Shown here piece by piece: positions 58,590 to 64,000 of a DNA stretch of 64,000 bases. Source of the DNA: Macrostomum hystrix. Taxonomy: Eukaryota; Animalia; Platyhelminthes. Location of the stretch: positions 806,001-870,000 of the forward strand of contig CATNEN010000008.1 of assembly GCA_950097015.1 (NCBI GenBank). The letters are read 5' to 3'. The notes below the pieces were generated by a model that saw only the letters and a program-made list of their open reading frames with translations, was not told the DNA's origin and searched no databases. The position numbers and the translations under genes were made by a program. How positions within the stretch are numbered: the stretch's first letter is position 1; each line of letters opens with the position of its first letter.

Positions 58590-61500
58590 ACCAGGAATCG
58601 CAGCTAGTGAACCTGGAATCGTAGGTGGAATTTAGCCTAAAATTTTGGCAGGAATCGCAGCTAGTGAACCTGGAATCGTATGTCGAATTTAGCATAAAAA
58701 TTGTGGCAGGAATCGCAGCTAGTGAACCTGGAATCGTAGGTCGAATTTAGCCTAAAATTGTGGCAGGAATCGCAGCTAGTGAACCTGGAATCGTAGGTGG
58801 GATTTAGCCTAAAATTGTGGCAGGAATCGCAGCTAATGAACCTGGAATCATAGGTGGGATTTAGCCTACAATTGTGGCAGGAATCGCAGCTAGGGAACCT
58901 GGAATCGTAGGTGGAATTTAGCCTACAATTGTGGCAGGAATCGCAGCTAGTGAACCTGGAATCGTAGGTGGGATTTAGCCTACAATTGTGGCAGGAATCG
59001 CAGCTAGTGAACCTGGAATCGTAGGTCGCATTTAGCCTAAAATTGTGGCTCGAATCGCAGCTAGTGAACCTGGAATCGTAGGTCAAATTTAGCCTAAAAT
59101 TGTGGCAGGAATCGCAGCTAGTGAACCTGGAATCGTAGGTCGAATTTAGCCTACAATTGTGGCAGCAATCGCAGCTAGTGAACCTGGAATCGTAGGTGGG
59201 ATTTAGCCTACAATTGTGGCAGGAATCGCAGCTAGTGAACCTGGAATCGTAGGTCGAATTTAGCCTAAAATTGTGGCAGGAATCGCAGCTAGTGAACCTG
59301 GAATCGTAGGTCGAATTTAGCCTACAATTGTGGCAGGAATCGCAGCTAGTGAACCTGGAATCGTAGGTCGAATTTAGCCTACAATTGTGGCAGGAATCGC
59401 AGCTAGTGAACGTGGAATCGTAGGTGGGATTTAGCCTAAAATTGTGGCAGGAATCGCAGCTAGTGAACCTGGAATCGTAGGTGGGATTTAGCCTAAAATT
59501 GTGGCAGGAATCGCAGCTAGTGAACCTGGAATCGTAGGTGGGATTTAGCCAAAAATTGTGGCAGGAATCGCAGCTAGTGAACCTGGAATCGTAGGTCGAA
59601 TTTAGCCTAAAATTGTGGCAGGAATCGCAGCTAGTGAACCTGGAATCGTAGGTCGAATTTAGCCTACAATTGTGGCAGGAATTGCAGCTAGTGAACCTGG
59701 AATCGTAGGTCGAATTTAGCCTACAATTGTGGCAGGAATCGCAGCTAGTGAACCTGGAATCGTAGGTGGGATTTAGCCTAAAATTGTGGCAGGAATCGCA
59801 GCTAGTGAACCTGGAATCGTAGGTCGAATTTAGCCTAAAATCGTGGCAGGAATCGCAGCTAGTGAACCTGGAATCGTAGGTGGGATTTAGCCTAAAATTG
59901 TGGCAGGAATCGCAGCTAGTGAACCTGGAATCGTAGGTCGAATTTAGCCTAAAATTGTGGCAGGAATCGCAGCTAGTGAACCTGGAATCGTAGGTCGAAT
60001 TTAGCCTACAATTGTGGCTGGAATCGCAGCTAGTGAACCTGGAATCGTAGGTCGAATTTAGCCTACAATTGTGGCAGGAATCGCAGCTAGTGAACCTGGA
60101 ATCGTAGGTGGGATTTAGCCTAAAATTGTGGCAGGAATCGCAGCTAGTGAACCTGGAATCGTAGGTCGAATTTAGCCTACAATTGTGGCAGGAATCGCAG
60201 CTAGTGAACCTGGAATCGTAGGTCGAATTTAGCCTACAATTGTGGCAGGAATCGCAGCTAGTGAACGTGGAATCGTAGGTGGGATTTAGCCTAAAATTGT
60301 GGCAGGAATCGCAGCTAGTGAACCTGGAATCGTAGGTGGGATTTAGCCTAAAATTGTGGCAGGAATCGCAGCTAGTGAACCTGGAATCGTAGGTGGGATT
60401 TAGCCAAAAATTGTGGCAGGAATCGCAGCTAGTGAACCTGGAATCGTAGGTCGAATTTAGCCTAAAATTGTGGCAGGAATCGCAGCTAGTGAACCTGGAA
60501 TCGTAGGTCGAATTTAGCCTACAATTGTGGCAGGAATTGCAGCTAGTGAACCTGGAATCGTAGGTCGAATTTAGCCTACAATTGTGGCAGGAATCGCAGC
60601 TAGTGAACCTGGAATCGTAGGTGGGATTTAGCCTAAAATTGTGGCAGGAATCGCAGCTAGTGAACCTGGAATCGTAGGTCGAATTTAGCCTAAAATCGTG
60701 GCAGGAATCGCAGCTAGTGAACCTGGAATCGTAGGTGGGATTTAGCCTAAAATTGTGGCAGGAATCGCAGCTAGTGAACCTGGAATCGTAGGTCGAATTT
60801 AGCCTAAAATTGTGGCAGGAATCGCAGCTAGTGAACCTGGAATCGTAGGTCGAATTTAGCCTACAATTGTGGCTGGAATCGCAGCTAGTGAACCTGGAAT
60901 CGTAGGTCGAATTTAGCCTACAATTGTGGCAGGAATCGCAGCTAGTGAACCTGGAATCGTAGGTGGGATTTAGCCTAAAATTGTGGCAGGAATCGCAGCT
61001 AGTGAACGTGGAATCGTAGGTGGGATTTAGCCTAAAATTGTGGCAGGAATCGCAGCTAGTGAACCTGGAATCGTAGGTGGAATTTAGCCAAAAATTGTGG
61101 CAGGAATCGCAGCTAGTGAACCTGGAATCGTAGGTCGAATTTAGCCTACAATTGTGGCTGTAATCGCAGCTAGTGAACCTGGAATCGTAGGTGGGATTTA
61201 GCCTACAATTGTGGCAGGAATCGCAGCTAGTGAACCTGGAATCGTAGGTCGAATTTAGCCTAAAATTGTGGCAGGAATCGCAGCTAGTGAACCTGGAATC
61301 GTAGGTCGAATTTAGCCTAAAATCGTGGCAGGAATCGCAGCTAGTGAACCTGGAATCGTAGGTGGGATTTAGCCTAAAATTGTGGCAGGAATCGCAGCTA
61401 GTGAACCTGGAATCGTAGGTCGAATTTAGACTACAATTGTGGCAGGAATCGCAGCTAGTGAACCTGGAATCGTAGGTGGGATTTAGCCTAAAATTGTGGC

Positions 61501-63295
61501 AGGATTCGCAGCTAGTGAACCTGGAATCGTAGGTGGGATTTAGCCAAAAATTGTGGCAGGAATCGCAGCTAGTGAACCTGGAATCGTAGGTCGAATTTAG
61601 CCTAAAATTGTGGCAGGAATCGCAGCTAGTGAACCTGGAATCGTAGGTGGGATTTAGCCTACAATTGTGGCAGGAATCGCAGCTAGTGAACCTGGAATCG
61701 TAGGTGGGATTTAGCCAAAAATTGTGGCAGGAATCGCAGCTAGTGAACCTGGAATCGTAGGTGGGATTTAGCCTAAAATTGTGGCAGGAATCGCAGCTAG
61801 TGAACCTGGAATCGTAGGTCGAATTTAGCCTACAATTGTGGCAGGAATCGCAGCTAGTGAACGTGGAATCGTAGGTGGGATTTAGCCTAAAATTGTGGCA
61901 GGAATCGCAGCTAGTGAACCTGGAATCGTAGGTCGAATTTAGCCTACAATTGTGGCAGGAATCGCAGCTAGTGAACGTGGAATCGTAGGTGGGATTTAGC
62001 CTAAAATTGTGGCAGGAATCGCAGCTAGTGAACCTGGAATCGTAGGTCGAATTTAGCCTAAAATTGTGGCAGGAATCGCAGCTAGTGAACGTGGAATCGT
62101 AGGTGGGATTTAGCCTAAAATTGTGGCAGGAATCGCAGCTAGTGAACCTGGAATCGTAGGTGAGATTTAGCCTAAAATTGTGGCAGGAATCGCAGCTAGT
62201 GAACCTGGAATCGTAGGTCGAATTTAGCCTAAAATTGTGGCAGGAATCGCAGCTAGTGAACCTGGAATCGTAGGTCGAATTTAGCCTACAATTGTGGCTG
62301 GAATCGCAGCTAGTGAACCTGGAATCGTAGGTCGAATTTAGCCTACAATTGTGGCAGGAATCGCAGCTAGTGAACCTGGAATCGTAGGTGGGATTTAGCC
62401 TAAAATTGTGGCAGGAATCGCAGCTAGTGAACGTGGAATCGTAGGTGGGATTTAGCCTAAAATTGTGGCAGGAATCGCAGCTAGTGAACCTGGAATCGTA
62501 GGTCGAATTTAGCCTAAAATTGTGGCTGTAATCGCAGCTAATGAACCTGGAATCGTAGGTGGGATTTAGCCTACAATTGTGGCAGGAATCGCAGCTAGTG
62601 AACCTGGAATCGTAGGTCGAATTTAGCCTACAATTGTGGCAGGAATCGCAGCTAGTGAACCTGGAATCGTAGGTCGAATTTAGCCTAAAATCGTGGCAGG
62701 AATCGCAGCTAGTGAACCTGGAATCGTAGGTGGGATTTAGCCTAAAATTGTGGCAGGAATCGCAGCTAGTGAACCTGGAATCGTAGGTCGAATTTAGCCT
62801 ACAATTGTGGCAGGAATCGCAGCTAGTGAACCTGGAATCGTAGGTGGGATTTAGCCAAAAATTGTGGCAGGAATCGCAGCTAGTGAACCTGGAATCGTAG
62901 GTCGAATTTAGCCTAAAATTGTGGCAGGAATCGCAGCTAGTGAACCTGGAATCGTAGGTCGAATTTAGCCTACAATTGTGGCAGGAATCACAGCTAGTGA
63001 ACCTGGAATCGTAGGTCGAATTTAGCCTACAATTGTGGCAGGAATCGCAGCTAGTGAACCTGGAATTGTAGGTGGGATTTAGCCTACAATTGTGGCAGGA
63101 ATCGCAGCTAGTGAACCTGGAATCGTAGGTCGAATTTAGCCTACAATTGTGGCAGGAATCGCAGCTAGTGAACCTGGAATCGTAGGTGGGATTTAGCCTA
63201 AAATTGTGGCAGGAATCGCAGCTAGTGAACCTGGAATCGTAGGTCGAATTTAGCCTACAATTGTGGCAGGAATTGCAGCTAGTGAACCAGGAATC
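58590..63295. repeat. 57-bp satellite array (~82 copies; GCAGCTAGTGAACCTGGAATCGTAGGT[CGA/GGG]ATTTAGCCTA[A/C]AATTGTGGCAGGAATC)
   Basis: The unit is directly visible, and its phase shifts exactly 3 nt per 60-nt line from 59101 to 63241. Confidence 0.98.
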
Positions 63296-63857
63296 GGAAC
63301 AAGAGCAGACAGTTTAGACCCAAATGTTTCACATCGAATTATCTATTTCGGAGGCAGGATAAATGAAAATCCAAAGCAAATTTCTCTTTATTACTTTTTA
63401 TTGACATGATTTTGAAGCATTCCAGCAGTTAACATGTCTTGGTACTATTAATTGCTAGAGCATTTTTTTATTCTAACTTTTTATTGCTCGGAAACAGTTG
63501 AAGGCTCGAAGGCTTCGGTCTTCGATGTTTGTTACTTGACTTTGTTTTAAACTGGCGTTAAATTGACATTTTGTTTTAAATTGTTTTTGTTTTGTTTTTA
63601 TTGTTGTTTTTAAATTGACAGTCTTCCCATGCCTAGCACACGCGTGACACGTTTACATATCAATGCTTTTCTTATTCGATAAATAAACACATTCGTTTTG
63701 ATTATTACAAGTGTGTACTAAAGTTCATTACCACCGCTTAAGGTTGTACCTGGTAGTTTACGGCGGGTGTTTGAAATTCGATTGAAAACTATTGGCATTT
63801 TGTCTTTATCAGCTTTTCATGAGCTTATGAGAACATTTTGTAACTGGAAACTCAGCG

Positions 63858-64000
63858 ACATCTCTCCCTGATCTCATCTCTCCCTTATCTCATCTCTCCC
63901 TTATCTCATCTCTCCCTTATCTCATCTCTCCCTTATCTCATATCGCCCTTATCTCATCTCTCCCTTATCTCATCTCTCCCTTATCTCATATCGCCCTTAT
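63858..64000. repeat. 16-bp tandem repeat (ATCTCATCTCTCCCTT), runs off the window end
   Basis: Read directly. Confidence 0.92.

Overview
Eukaryotic (invertebrate animal) genomic DNA. Features seen: spliceosomal GT-AG introns, GC-rich coding exons with polyQ runs, an innexin, TTAGGG repeats, tRNA-derived SINEs and many minisatellites. The overall style suggests a free-living flatworm such as Macrostomum, but that is inference only. Genes reconstructed: an intronless nuclear receptor with an atypical P-box (+), an atypical Gyc88E-like soluble guanylyl cyclase (-, 8 exons, with one in-frame stop), a Tctex1-domain protein (+), an intronless SLC26/STAS anion transporter (-), a Tubby-family gene (+, 5 exons), an innexin (-, 3 exons), an SPDEF-like PNT+ETS factor (+, 3 exons), a small secreted 6-Cys peptide (+), two tandem PARG paralogs with very different N-termini (+), and a single-pass membrane protein with 16 x 17-aa repeats ending in an AKAP-like helix (+). 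Non-coding features: tandem arrays of 24, 23, 18, 17, 57 and 16 bp, three tRNA-headed SINE families (one CORE-like; three insertions with visible target-site duplications) and an unclassified dispersed repeat. No prokaryotic features, CRISPR arrays, rRNA or true tRNA were found. Exon boundaries were derived by eye from splice signals and reading-frame continuity.
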